Of a DNA stretch of 41,064 nucleotides, positions 9,103 to 18,776 are shown piece by piece. A model generated the notes under the pieces. It was not told the DNA's origin. It saw only the letters and a program-made list of their open reading frames with translations, and made no database searches. The stretch covers positions 1 to 41,064 of the forward strand of contig JAKSIW010000001.1 of NCBI GenBank assembly GCA_024398555.1. The letters run 5' to 3'. This DNA comes from Bacteroidaceae bacterium. GTDB taxonomy: Bacteria > Bacteroidota > Bacteroidia > Bacteroidales > Bacteroidaceae. A program made the position numbers and the translations under genes. Every line of letters starts with the position of its first letter. Within the stretch, counting starts at the first letter, position 1.

Positions 9103-9664
9103 TGAGGAATTCTGTAACTATTCTGTACGCCTCTTTCTTGGCCGTATTCATGTCATCGTTGACGATAACCGTGTCGAAGCGGGGCGAATAGGCGATTTCC
9201 TGATCTGCCTTTGCCAGACGCTTCCCGATGGTCTCCTGAGAGTCGGTAGCCCGTGCTTCCAGTCTCCGGCGGAGTTCTTCCACCGATGGAGGCATTATGA
9301 ATATTGAAAGTGCCTTTTCACCGAAGTATTTCTTGATGTTGCAGCCTCCGGCGACATCGACGTCAAACACTACATTGTAACCTTCATCCAGTTTTGACTC
9401 TATCTGTTCCTTGAGTGTGCCGTAGAAGCATCCGCTGTACACTTCCTCGTATTCAAGGAACTCTCCGGCGGCTATTTTCCTGCGGAAATCATCTTCTGAA
9501 AGAAAGAAATACTCCACTCCGTCACGTTCGCTGCCACGCGGCTTGCGGCTGGTTGCGGATATGGAGAAAACCATTCTGAGCTCAGGATGCTCCAGCAACG
9601 AATTGACAATAGTCGATTTGCCGGCACCCGACGGAGCTGAAAAAATAAGACATTTGCCTCTCAT
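9095..9664 (-). CDS. gmk: Guanylate kinase
   Basis: 189 aa with the P-loop SAPSGAGKST, plus TSRKPRGSERDGVEYFF. Its 3' end overlaps the nadD start by 8 nt. Confidence 0.95.
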   Translation of the reverse strand: MRGKCLIFSAPSGAGKSTIVNSLLEHPELRMVFSISATSRKPRGSERDGVEYFFLSEDDFRRKIAAGEFLEYEEVYSGCFYGTLKEQIESKLDEGYNVVFDVDVAGGCNIKKYFGEKALSIFIMPPSVEELRRRLEARATDSQETIGKRLAKADQEIAYSPRFDTVIVNDDMNTAKKEAYRIVTEFLNA

Positions 9665-9672
9665 GCCGTTTC

Positions 9673-10548
9673 TTACATTACGTTCAACACCTGTTCCTTG
9701 ATCTGCTCCAGCTCATCCTTCATGCGGACAACGATATTCTGCATTTCGGCCTGATTGCTCTTGCTGCCGAGCGTGTTTATTTCGCGTCCCATTTCCTGGG
9801 CGATGAACCCCAGCTTCTTTCCCTGACCATGGTCGTTTTCCAGCGTTTCGAGGAAATAGTCCAGGTGGTTGGACAGACGCTGCTTCTCCTCGTTGATGTC
9901 CAGCTTCTCAATATAGTAGATGAGCTCCTGCTCGAAGCGGTTCTTGTCGTATTCGGTGCCGATATTGCTTTCCAACGATTCTCGGATGCGCTTTTTTATG
10001 TCTTCGACACGGTTCTTCTCGAAAGGTCCGACGGATGCCAGAAGTTCACGGATGTTGCTTATCTTCTCCCGGAACTTGGCCTCCAATGCCTTGCCTTCCT
10101 GGGTACGGAAGTCCATCAGACGGCGGATGGCATCTTCTACTGCCTTGCCTGCTGCAGTCCATGCATCGTCTGTCAGCTGCTCCTGAGGAGCTTGTGATAT
10201 AACGTCAGGCAGGCGCAGAACAGTCTGGAACCAGTCGGACGGCAGGTCAATGTGCTGTCTGTCGGCGATGCTGCGGATCTGCGAAATGTAGCCTGACAGG
10301 ATATCTTCATTGATTGACTGCGACGCTGTTCCGGCATTTTCCTCTATCGTCAGGGAAAAGTCGCATTTGCCACGCTCAAGACTGGCTGTGATGAGGGAAC
10401 GGATTTCAAGTTCCTTCTCCCGGAACAGGGGTGCAATCCGCGTGGATATGTCCATCGACTTGCTGTTCAGCGATTTTATTTCTGCGGTGAATGTGCGGTT
10501 TCCGAATTTGACCGGGCACTTGCCGTATCCTGTCATTGACTGTATCAT
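9673..10548 (-). CDS. YicC family stress-induced protein
   Basis: The canonical N-terminus MIQSMTGYGK is obtained from the ATG at 10548; the track start at 10554 is a GTG. The coiled C-terminal DUF1732-like part contains EMGREINTLGSK. Confidence 0.9.
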   Translation of the reverse strand: MIQSMTGYGKCPVKFGNRTFTAEIKSLNSKSMDISTRIAPLFREKELEIRSLITASLERGKCDFSLTIEENAGTASQSINEDILSGYISQIRSIADRQHIDLPSDWFQTVLRLPDVISQAPQEQLTDDAWTAAGKAVEDAIRRLMDFRTQEGKALEAKFREKISNIRELLASVGPFEKNRVEDIKKRIRESLESNIGTEYDKNRFEQELIYYIEKLDINEEKQRLSNHLDYFLETLENDHGQGKKLGFIAQEMGREINTLGSKSNQAEMQNIVVRMKDELEQIKEQVLNVM

Positions 10549-10570
10549 GATCACTCGTGTTTATGCGATA

Positions 10571-10578
10571 CAAAAATA
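10571..10578 (-). promoter_or_regulatory. -7 promoter box (TATTTTTG on the minus strand) for yicC-gmk-nadD
   Basis: CAAAAATA on the plus strand lies 22 nt upstream of the yicC ATG. Confidence 0.4.
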
Positions 10579-10600
10579 CGGTTTTTCAGGAATTATTGAT

Positions 10601-10608
10601 TACTTTTG
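10601..10608 (+). promoter_or_regulatory. -7 promoter box (TACTTTTG) for the tsaB...rseP array
   Basis: Exact TAnnTTTG match 28 nt upstream of the tsaB ATG, divergent from the yicC box. Confidence 0.4.
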
Positions 10609-10636
10609 TAGGTTAAGAAGATAATACTGAGGTCGG

Positions 10637-11326
10637 ATGAGCTGCATTCTGCACATTGAGTCTGCCGCTGAGGGATGTTCGGTGGCTGTTAGCGAGGAGG
10701 GTGAACTGCTCTTCTTCAAGGAGGATCATGCCGAACGTAACAATGCCGTTACACTGGGCGTCTTCGTGGATGAAGCCATGTCGCTCATTGACAGTCGCGG
10801 ACTGGAGATGACGGCGGTTTCCGTCAGCGAAGGACCAGGTTCTTATACAGGGTTGAGGATTGGCGTTTCAATGGCGAAGGGCATCTGTTATGCGCGTGGG
10901 GCGAAGCTGATAGCCGTGCCTACTCTCAAACTTCTCTGCGTACCTCTTCTGCTTGGCGATGAACTGCCGGAAGATGCGCTGCTGTGTCCTATGATAGATG
11001 CCAGACGTATGGAAGTCTATTCGGCCGTTTACGACCGTGCCTTGTCTGAAGTGCGCGGGACGAGGGCGGATATTGTGGATGCCGCAACTTACTGCGGATA
11101 TCTGGACGCGCATCCGGTTTATTTTCTCGGAAACGGTTCCCAGAAGTGCAGCACGATAATAAATCATCCGAATGCCCATTTCGTTCCGGACTGCAGACCG
11201 TTGGCAAAGTGGAGCTTCCCGATTGCAGAGAAGGCATTGCTTGAGGGAAAGACAGAGGATGTCGCCTACTTTGAACCGTTCTACCTGAAGGATTTTATAG
11301 CTTTGAAACCGAAAAAACTTATCTGA
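10637..11326 (+). CDS. tsaB: tRNA threonylcarbamoyladenosine (t6A) biosynthesis protein TsaB
   Basis: 229 aa with ILHIESAAEGCSVAV...VSEGPGSYTGLRIGVSMAKG, the inactive-Kae1-like TsaB signature. Confidence 0.85.
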   Translation: MSCILHIESAAEGCSVAVSEEGELLFFKEDHAERNNAVTLGVFVDEAMSLIDSRGLEMTAVSVSEGPGSYTGLRIGVSMAKGICYARGAKLIAVPTLKLLCVPLLLGDELPEDALLCPMIDARRMEVYSAVYDRALSEVRGTRADIVDAATYCGYLDAHPVYFLGNGSQKCSTIINHPNAHFVPDCRPLAKWSFPIAEKALLEGKTEDVAYFEPFYLKDFIALKPKKLI

Positions 11327-11946
11327 TGGAATACAATACACAACGCGAGCGTCTGCCGATGCCTGAGTACGGCCGTTCAGTACAGGAAATGGTTGACTAT
11401 GCGGTCAGCATAGAGGATCGTGCCGAGCGTCAGCACTGTGCTGAGACCATTGTGAATATTATGTGGGGGATGTTCCCTTCACTTCGTGATGTGAAGGATT
11501 TTCAGGCCAAGCTGTGGGACCACCTGGCATATATGTCGGGGTACAGGCTGGATGTTGACTATCCGTATGAGGTGACTCATCTGGACATGTCGAAGCAGAC
11601 TCCTGAACATATCGGCTATAACAATGGCGAGATACGGTTCCGCCATTATGGCAGAATCATTCCGGAACTGATTGGAAAGGCGTGCGAGATGCCTGACGGA
11701 CCGGAACGCCAGATGCTGGTGAGACTGATTGCTGTCCAGATGAAGAAGGACCTGATGACCTGGAACAGGGAGATGAACGATGACAGCCGCATCGTGGAGG
11801 ATCTCCGCTATTTCTCCAAAGGGGTGCTTGACATTGACCCTGCCCTTCTCAATATGAACGTGCAGCAGAACATGAATGCACCGGCTCAGGGGCAGCGCGG
11901 TCAGCAGCGTCCGTTCCAGCGTAGGAAAAACCGGAAAAGATTCTGA
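11326..11946 (+). CDS. DUF4290 domain-containing protein
   Basis: 206 aa. The N-terminus YNTQRERLPMPEYGRSVQEMVDYA matches my memory of the Bacteroidetes DUF4290 family that sits upstream of murA. The C-terminal tail is basic. Confidence 0.7.
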   Translation: MEYNTQRERLPMPEYGRSVQEMVDYAVSIEDRAERQHCAETIVNIMWGMFPSLRDVKDFQAKLWDHLAYMSGYRLDVDYPYEVTHLDMSKQTPEHIGYNNGEIRFRHYGRIIPELIGKACEMPDGPERQMLVRLIAVQMKKDLMTWNREMNDDSRIVEDLRYFSKGVLDIDPALLNMNVQQNMNAPAQGQRGQQRPFQRRKNRKRF

Positions 11947-11949
11947 AAT

Positions 11950-13257
11950 ATGGCATCATTCATCATCGAGGGAGGACACAGGCTGAACGGCACTATTGTA
12001 CCGCAGGGCGCCAAGAATGAGGTGCTGCAGATACTCTGTGCAGTGCTTCTGACATCGGAAGAGGTAATAGTCAGGAATGTGCCGGATATCCTCGATGTGG
12101 CCAATCTTATTGATTTGCTTTCATTTCTTGGAGTGAAGTCCAAAAGACTCGCTCCGGGGGAGTGGTCCTTTACCGCTTCGGACATAAACATGGACTTTGC
12201 TCTCAGCAGCGGGATGGTGAGGAAGAGCGCCGGACTGAGAGGTTCCGTTATGCTGCTGGGACCGCTGCTTGCCAGAACTGGCAGAACGGTTGTCAGCAAG
12301 CCTGGCGGAGACAAGATAGGCAGACGGCGTGTGGATACCCACATAAACGGGCTCAAGGCCCTTGGCGCAAAGTTCACGCTCAATGAGGAGATGGGCTGCT
12401 ACGAGTTGTGGGCTGACAAGCTCAAAGGCTGTTACATGCTTCTGGATGAAGCTTCAGTGACGGGTACGGCAAATATAGTAATGGCCGCAGTTCTGGCTGA
12501 GGGCGTTACAACAATCTACAATGCAGCCTGCGAACCGTATGTACAGCAGCTGTGCAGGATGCTTAACCGCATGGGTGCACAAATCAGCGGCGTTGGCAGC
12601 AACCTGCTTACAATCACCGGCGTTTCCAGCCTTCACGGGACGACGCATACCATACTGCCGGACATGATTGAGGTGGGAAGTTTCATCGGGATGGCTGCAA
12701 TGACCGCCAGTGAACTGACCATCAAGGGGGTGTCATACGGGAATCTCGGAATCATTCCGGACAGTTTCCGCCGTCTGGGCATACAGGTGATACAGAAGGG
12801 TGACGATATTCTCGTTCCGGCGCAGGAGCATTACGAGATAGATTCATTCATAGACGGGTCGATAATGACTCTGGCGGATGCTCCGTGGCCCGGTCTTACA
12901 CCGGATCTTCTGAGTGTACTGCTCGTTACGGCCACGCAGGCCAAGGGGAGCGTACTCATTCATCAGAAGATGTTCGAGAGCCGTCTGTTCTTTGTGGATA
13001 ATCTGATTGATATGGGGGCACAGGTGATTCTGTGCGATCCTCACCGTGTTGTGGTAATAGGTCATGACCGTCGTTTCATGCTTCATGCCAGACGGATGTC
13101 CTCTCCGGATATCCGTGCCGGAATAGCAATGCTGATTGCAGCTATGAGCGCAGAGGGGGTCAGCCGTATTGACAACATCGGCCAGATAGACCGCGGCTAT
13201 CAGAATATTGACAGCCGTCTTGTAAGTCTGGGTGCAAACATAACGCGTGTCGAGTGA
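11950..13257 (+). CDS. murA: UDP-N-acetylglucosamine 1-carboxyvinyltransferase
   Basis: 435 aa with FIIEGGHRLNGTIVPQGAKNEVLQILCA, an EPSP-synthase-like fold and IDRGYQNIDSRL near the C-terminus. Confidence 0.95.
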   Translation: MASFIIEGGHRLNGTIVPQGAKNEVLQILCAVLLTSEEVIVRNVPDILDVANLIDLLSFLGVKSKRLAPGEWSFTASDINMDFALSSGMVRKSAGLRGSVMLLGPLLARTGRTVVSKPGGDKIGRRRVDTHINGLKALGAKFTLNEEMGCYELWADKLKGCYMLLDEASVTGTANIVMAAVLAEGVTTIYNAACEPYVQQLCRMLNRMGAQISGVGSNLLTITGVSSLHGTTHTILPDMIEVGSFIGMAAMTASELTIKGVSYGNLGIIPDSFRRLGIQVIQKGDDILVPAQEHYEIDSFIDGSIMTLADAPWPGLTPDLLSVLLVTATQAKGSVLIHQKMFESRLFFVDNLIDMGAQVILCDPHRVVVIGHDRRFMLHARRMSSPDIRAGIAMLIAAMSAEGVSRIDNIGQIDRGYQNIDSRLVSLGANITRVE

Positions 13258-13772
13258 TGATAGGCAGGGACGAAGTGACGGCATGTGGCAGCATCCTGCG
13301 TTCTCACGGAGTGGATGGTGAGGTGGTTGTGCCGGTATCAGCCGATTTCCTGGAATCCACAGGGATGCCGCATCTTGTCATTGACATGGATGGAATACTG
13401 GTCCCTTATTTTATCGAGTCATTCCGCCCCAAGAGCCAGTCGTTGTCGCTTGTAAAGTTTGAGGATATAGATTCACTCGAACAGGCGGATGTTCTGCGTG
13501 GCAGGAAACTGTGGATGATGAAGAAGTATATCGGGTGCGATGAGGATGAGTTCTCGGCGGAAATGTTCATCGGACTGCGTGCTGAGGATTTGCACGCGGG
13601 ATATCTGGGTGTGGTGGATGCTGTGGATGATTCGACAGCCAATATCCTGTTCCGCGTTCGTGACGGAGAGCGGGAACGTATATTGCCGGCATCTGCGCAA
13701 CTGATTGAGAGCGTGGACATGAAGAAAGGTGTGATTGTATTTGATCTTCCTGAAGGTCTTGCTGATATGTAG
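13257..13772 (+). CDS. rimM: 16S rRNA processing protein RimM
   Basis: About 171 aa with G.ILRSHGVDGEVVV, an RimM N-terminal and PRC-barrel layout. The ATG at 13257 overlaps the murA TGA (TGATG); a GTG at 13254 is an alternative start. Confidence 0.85.
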   Translation: MIGRDEVTACGSILRSHGVDGEVVVPVSADFLESTGMPHLVIDMDGILVPYFIESFRPKSQSLSLVKFEDIDSLEQADVLRGRKLWMMKKYIGCDEDEFSAEMFIGLRAEDLHAGYLGVVDAVDDSTANILFRVRDGERERILPASAQLIESVDMKKGVIVFDLPEGLADM

Positions 13773-13775
13773 CCT

Positions 13776-14654
13776 ATGTGGAGTCTGGAACGGAAACGCA
13801 GGAAAGTGGGCCGCCCGAACTTATGGCAGTGGCTTACCCAGAAGTTCAAGCTGGAAATCTATAAGGAGGATGAACTTCGTGACGTGGTGACCAGATCGGT
13901 GACGCGTCTGGACGGATTTGTACTGTTTCTGGTGCTTGTGGCTGTTGTCTCCGTACTGGCTGTCATGGTGTATCGGAATTCTCCGAGCCAGCGCAGACAG
14001 GCCGACAGGGACTATCTGCTGCATCAGCAGATGGTGTCGGATGTGCTGCGTATCGATTCCATCAATGAAATCGTATCGATGCGGGATAACTACATCCGTG
14101 GAATACAGGATATCCTGTTGGGTAGGATCAATGCTGATTCTGTCCGTTCAATCGATTCCGTATCAGTCGTTGATCCGAACCTTCAGATAGAGCCATCTGA
14201 CATTGAAAAGGAGTTTGTATCCAGATATGAGGAGCAGGAGAAGTACAATGTGACATCCCAGCCCCCGGTTGCCAGTGAGGTACAGACCCGCAATCTGTTC
14301 CGTCCGACCAGAGGTACAATCTCCGGGCCGTTTGATGCCCAAAACCGCCATTATGGAGTGGATATCGCTGCAAATCCCAATGAGAGCGTGATCTCCGTTA
14401 TGGACGGTACGGTTATTACGAGCAATTACACTGCAGAATATGGCTTCCAGATATGCATACACCATCCGGGTGATATGGTGTCTGTCTATCGCTACTGTAA
14501 CTCTCTATTGAAGAAGGAGGGCGACAAGGTAAAGGGCGGAGACGTGATTGCACTTGTTGGTAATACGCAGGCAGGACAGGCAAGTTCACATCTGCATTTT
14601 GAATTATGGTATGAGGGGCAGCCTGTTGACCCTGCAAAATATATAGTTTTCTAG
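13776..14654 (+). CDS. M23 family metallopeptidase (membrane-anchored)
   Basis: 292 aa with one TM helix (FVLFLVLVAVVSVLAVMVY) and a LytM-type catalytic core (HYGVDIAA...GDVIALVGNTQ...SSHLHFEL). Confidence 0.85.
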   Translation: MWSLERKRRKVGRPNLWQWLTQKFKLEIYKEDELRDVVTRSVTRLDGFVLFLVLVAVVSVLAVMVYRNSPSQRRQADRDYLLHQQMVSDVLRIDSINEIVSMRDNYIRGIQDILLGRINADSVRSIDSVSVVDPNLQIEPSDIEKEFVSRYEEQEKYNVTSQPPVASEVQTRNLFRPTRGTISGPFDAQNRHYGVDIAANPNESVISVMDGTVITSNYTAEYGFQICIHHPGDMVSVYRYCNSLLKKEGDKVKGGDVIALVGNTQAGQASSHLHFELWYEGQPVDPAKYIVF

Positions 14655-15802
14655 TGAAAAAACAGATTGCAATACTGGGTTCTACCGGTTCCATCGGTAG
14701 CCAGGCTCTGGATGTCGTAGCGGCCAATCCGGACTTGTATGAGGTGTATGCACTGACAGCCAACAACAGCGTTGGAAAGCTCATCTCCCAGGCCCGACGT
14801 TTCATGCCGGAGGCTGTGGTGATAGCCAACGAAGCTCACTACGTCACTGTGCGTGATGCTCTCGCTGATCTCCCTGTCAAGGTCTATGCCGGTGCTGACG
14901 CTTTGTGCCAGGTCGTTACGGCCGGTCCTATTGACATTGTACTTGCTTCGATGGTCGGTTTCGCAGGACTTCGCCCGACAATTGAGGCAATAAAGGCGGG
15001 AAAAACAATTGCTCTGGCCAATAAGGAAACTCTGGTAGTGGCCGGAGAACTCGTGACAGCTCTGGCAAATCAGTACAGGGTGCCGGTACTTCCTGTCGAT
15101 TCCGAACATTCGGCCATCTTCCAGTGTCTGCACGGCGAGATGGAGAATGAGGTGGAGAAGATTATCCTGACAGCTTCAGGCGGACCTTTCCGCAAGATGA
15201 CCATACAGCAGCTTGCTACTGTTACCAAGGAACAGGCGCTCAAGCATCCGAACTGGGATATGGGAGCCAAGATAACTATAGATTCGGCATCCATGATGAA
15301 CAAGGGCTTCGAAGTGATTGAAGCCAAATGGCTGTTCGGCGTGTCTTATGACAGAATTCAGGTTGTGGTTCATCCGCAGTCCGTGATTCACTCCATGGTT
15401 CAGTATTCGGATGGAGCTGTCAAGGCTCAGCTCGGAGCTCCGGACATGCATCTTCCGATCCAGTATGCCCTGTCATATCCGACACGTCTCAGGTCTGATT
15501 TCCCGCGCGTGGACTTCACAAAGATTGGAAGTCTGACTTTCGAGGAACCGGATATGGAAAGATTCCGCAATCTGGCGCTTGCCTATCGGGCACTCCAGGC
15601 CGGAGGCAGTATGCCGTGCGTGCTGAACGCCGCAAACGAGGTGTGCGTCGCGGCTTTCCTTCATGACAGGATAGGTTTCCTTCAGATGAGCGATGTCATC
15701 GGGCGTACCATGGACATGGTTCCGTTTGAGAAGACTCCGTCACTGGACGATTATATCCGCATTGATGCTGAATCACGCAAGGTAGCATCATCACTATTGT
15801 AA
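14654..15802 (+). CDS. dxr: 1-deoxy-D-xylulose-5-phosphate reductoisomerase
   Basis: 382 aa with ILGSTGSIGSQALDV, LANKE, PVDSEHSAIFQC and the HPNWDMG motif. The GTG start overlaps the upstream TAG by 1 nt (TAGTG). Confidence 0.95.
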   Translation: MKKQIAILGSTGSIGSQALDVVAANPDLYEVYALTANNSVGKLISQARRFMPEAVVIANEAHYVTVRDALADLPVKVYAGADALCQVVTAGPIDIVLASMVGFAGLRPTIEAIKAGKTIALANKETLVVAGELVTALANQYRVPVLPVDSEHSAIFQCLHGEMENEVEKIILTASGGPFRKMTIQQLATVTKEQALKHPNWDMGAKITIDSASMMNKGFEVIEAKWLFGVSYDRIQVVVHPQSVIHSMVQYSDGAVKAQLGAPDMHLPIQYALSYPTRLRSDFPRVDFTKIGSLTFEEPDMERFRNLALAYRALQAGGSMPCVLNAANEVCVAAFLHDRIGFLQMSDVIGRTMDMVPFEKTPSLDDYIRIDAESRKVASSLL

Positions 15803-15821
15803 AACATTTAATTGATTCGAT

Positions 15822-17306
15822 ATGTCCCCGTTCTGGATTCGACTGCTTCAGCTGATACTCTCCCTCACTATCCTTGTGGTGTTCCATGAGTTCGGTCATT
15901 TCCTGTTCTCCCGCATCTTCGGAGTAAGGGTGGAGAAGTTCTATGCCTTCTTCAATCCCAATTTCTCTCTCTTCCGCATCAAGAGGGTGAATGGCAGGCT
16001 GCGCTGCCGCTTCTTTGCTCCAAATGTGCCTGAAAGTTATGAGGAAGAAAAGCGCTTCAACTATGAGGGCAAGGAAGAAGTGGTCTACAAACCGGTTGAT
16101 CTGGATTCGCTGCCGGAGGATGATTGGAGACGCAATCCTGAAAATACGGAATTCGGTATCGGATGGGTACCGTTCGGAGGCTACTGCAAGATAGCAGGTA
16201 TGATTGACGAGTCGATGGACGTAGCTTCGATGCAGCAGGAACCGAAGCCATGGGAGTTTCGTACGAAGCCGGCCTGGCAGAGACTCCTGATAATGGTGGG
16301 AGGTGTTCTGTTCAATCTTGTACAGGCCTTCTTCATTTACTCGATGGTTCTGCTCAAATGGGGCGACAGCTATATCCCTGTGGATTCTCCTAAATACGGC
16401 TATGAGTTCAACGGACAGGCACAGGAGATAGGTTTCCGCAATGGCGATATTATCGTTTCTACCGATGGAAAGAAGGCCGTTTCATACGATGCCGACCTGT
16501 ATCGTGACATAGCCAAGGCCTCAGAAGTGACAGTGCTTCGTGAAGGTAGGGAGATTACCCTTACAATGCCGGAGGAACTGTCTCTGTTCGATTTCACCCG
16601 TGAGATTCCGTTCATTTCTGTACTCAGTCCGATGACGGTGGACAGTGTTACTGCCGATGGCGGAGCATTCGCAGCAGGTATGGCAGCCGGTGACACAATT
16701 CTGACTGTGAACGGAATGCCTGCCAATACTTGGATCAGTTTCAGACAGGCATTGTCTGCTGTAGCCGCGGATGAAATGGCATCCCATGCTCTGGATATTG
16801 TCATTTCCAGACCAGGGGAGGGACGGGATACGCTTTCTGTGATTTCGGATGCGGAATTCCGTATTGGAATCGTTCATTTCACCGATGAATACTCATACAA
16901 GGAACTTGAGTATAATTTCTGGCAGTCAATACCTGCAGGCATCAGTTACGGATGGAAGACGCTGGCTACTTATGTAAGTGATTTCAGGTATGTGTTCACC
17001 AAGGAGGGTGCCAAGTCAGTAGGTGGATTCGGTACGATAGGAAGCATCTTCCCTGCTAAGTGGAACTGGCATGCCTTCTGGCTGATGACAGCTTTCCTGG
17101 CAGTGATTCTCGCATTCATGAACATACTTCCGATTCCGGCATTGGACGGCGGATATGTGCTGTTCCTGATAGTTGAGGTGCTGTCCGGCCGCAAGCCTGG
17201 TGACAAGTTCCTGGAACGTGCGAACACGGTGGGAATAGTGCTGCTGCTGGCTCTGCTTGTCTTTGCTAACCTCAATGATATTCTGAGGCTCTTTCACGTG
17301 ATGTGA
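15822..17306 (+). CDS. rseP: RIP (site-2) zinc metalloprotease RseP
   Basis: 494 aa with HEFGHF (HExxH) in the first TM helix, central PDZ-like segments and NILPIPALDGG (the LDG motif) near the C-terminus. Confidence 0.9.
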   Translation: MSPFWIRLLQLILSLTILVVFHEFGHFLFSRIFGVRVEKFYAFFNPNFSLFRIKRVNGRLRCRFFAPNVPESYEEEKRFNYEGKEEVVYKPVDLDSLPEDDWRRNPENTEFGIGWVPFGGYCKIAGMIDESMDVASMQQEPKPWEFRTKPAWQRLLIMVGGVLFNLVQAFFIYSMVLLKWGDSYIPVDSPKYGYEFNGQAQEIGFRNGDIIVSTDGKKAVSYDADLYRDIAKASEVTVLREGREITLTMPEELSLFDFTREIPFISVLSPMTVDSVTADGGAFAAGMAAGDTILTVNGMPANTWISFRQALSAVAADEMASHALDIVISRPGEGRDTLSVISDAEFRIGIVHFTDEYSYKELEYNFWQSIPAGISYGWKTLATYVSDFRYVFTKEGAKSVGGFGTIGSIFPAKWNWHAFWLMTAFLAVILAFMNILPIPALDGGYVLFLIVEVLSGRKPGDKFLERANTVGIVLLLALLVFANLNDILRLFHVM

Positions 17307-17307
17307 T

Positions 17308-18744
17308 TCACCGGGAGACCGGTTTCAGCCCGTTCTTTTCAGCTTCCTGAATAAGGAAACCGACTGCCGCCTCACGCTCATTTGGGATTATTCCGTCAAG
17401 AATCGCATCCTTGATGGCATTCTTCAACTGTCCGACGATGGCTGTTGGGGGAAGATTGAACATCTCCATTATCTCATTGCCGTCCACCGGAGGCTGAAAA
17501 TTGCGTATGCGGTCACGCTCCTCCAGATCCTTCAGCTTCTGGCGCACAATTTGAAAATTCTCCAGCAGACGCTGCTTCTTCATCTCGTTTCTGGATGTTA
17601 TGTCTGACTCACAGAGCAGCATGAGGTCGTCTATGTCATCTCCGGCATCGAACAGCAGACGCCGTACTGCAGAGTCGGTGACGATATCATCCACAATATT
17701 GATGGGGCGCATATGCAGTTCAACCATCTTCTGGACATACTTCATCTTTTCGTTCTGCGGAAGTTTCATATTCCTGAATATGGTCGGAATCATGTGACTG
17801 CCTGCAAGATTGTGGTTATAGAAGGTCCATCCGTGCGAGGCATCCCATTTCTTTGTCCTCGGCTTCCCGATGTCATGAAGCAGTGCGGCCCAGCGAAGCC
17901 ACAGATTGTCAGATCTTCGTGCCACATTGTCAAGTACAGTCAGACTGTGCAGGAATACATCCTTGTGCCCCTTTCCGTTGACTGTCTCAACGCCCTCGAG
18001 CGATGCCAGCTCCGGAAATATCAGAGGCAGAAGCCCGCAACGGTCCAGATCGATGAAACCCTTGGAGGGAATGGGCGACATGATGATCTTGTTCAGTTCG
18101 TCGGCGATGCGTTCCCTGGTGATTATGCTGATTCTGTCACGGTTGCGCTCCAGCGAGGAGAAGGTCTCATCTTCGATATAGAAGTTCAGCTGGGTTGCAA
18201 AACGTATGCAGCGCATCATGCGAAGCGGGTCGTCGCTGAAAGTGATGTCCGGGTCGAGTGGGGTGCGGATAATTCTGTCCTGCAGGTCATAGATGCCGTC
18301 AAACGGATCTACGAGTTCACCGAAACGTGCTCCGTTAAGGCAGATGGCCATTGCATTGATGGTAAAATCGCGACGGTTCTGATCGTCCTCCAGTGTACCG
18401 TCCTCTACTATAGGGTTGCGCGAATCGTGCCGGTATGACTCCTTTCTTGCGCCTACGAATTCCACTTCCAGACTGCCGCGGCGAACCTGGGCCGTTCCGA
18501 AAGTCCTGAACACGCTGACGCTGGTTCCCCGACCGAGAGCCTTGCCGAAAGCTTTTGCTATCTCAATGCCGCTTCCGACGACCACTACGTCAATGTCCTT
18601 GCCCGGCCTTTCCAGAAACAGATCTCTGACATAGCCGCCTACGACATAGCATTCCATGCCCAGCCGGTCTGCCGTTTCGGACAACAGACGGAATTCAGGC
18701 TTGTCAAGAAGCCCGGCCAGTTCCTCATCGCTGTATAGTTTCAT
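17308..18744 (-). CDS. cca: CCA-adding tRNA nucleotidyltransferase / poly(A) polymerase-family enzyme with a C-terminal HD domain
   Basis: The class II nucleotidyltransferase head is VVGGYVRDLFLERPGKDIDVVV, with RRDFTINAM and the HD motif LLHDIGKP. The start was moved to the ATG at 18744 (MKLYSDEEL). The track start at 18771 is a TTG and lies inside the predicted -7 box. Confidence 0.85.
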   Translation of the reverse strand: MKLYSDEELAGLLDKPEFRLLSETADRLGMECYVVGGYVRDLFLERPGKDIDVVVVGSGIEIAKAFGKALGRGTSVSVFRTFGTAQVRRGSLEVEFVGARKESYRHDSRNPIVEDGTLEDDQNRRDFTINAMAICLNGARFGELVDPFDGIYDLQDRIIRTPLDPDITFSDDPLRMMRCIRFATQLNFYIEDETFSSLERNRDRISIITRERIADELNKIIMSPIPSKGFIDLDRCGLLPLIFPELASLEGVETVNGKGHKDVFLHSLTVLDNVARRSDNLWLRWAALLHDIGKPRTKKWDASHGWTFYNHNLAGSHMIPTIFRNMKLPQNEKMKYVQKMVELHMRPINIVDDIVTDSAVRRLLFDAGDDIDDLMLLCESDITSRNEMKKQRLLENFQIVRQKLKDLEERDRIRNFQPPVDGNEIMEMFNLPPTAIVGQLKNAIKDAILDGIIPNEREAAVGFLIQEAEKNGLKPVSR

Positions 18745-18768
18745 AGTCAGGTCTGTACTTTGATATGG

Positions 18769-18776
18769 CAAAGTTA
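18769..18776 (-). promoter_or_regulatory. -7 promoter box (TAACTTTG on the minus strand) for cca
   Basis: CAAAGTTA on the plus strand lies 24 nt upstream of the ATG at 18744. Confidence 0.45.

Noticed and set aside
17713-18438. A 241-aa plus-strand ORF inside cca, together with similar antisense ORFs at 2500-3012, 10868-11341, 11901-12383, 14651-15133, 16400-16804, 29366-29905, 30777-31196, 34371-35049 and 35257-35862.
   Set aside because: All of them lie wholly inside well-supported genes on the opposite strand. They have no recognisable motifs, their composition is biased toward Arg/Ser/Cys/His, and there is no free upstream region for a promoter. This is the typical frame -1/-3 shadow of moderately GC-rich coding DNA.
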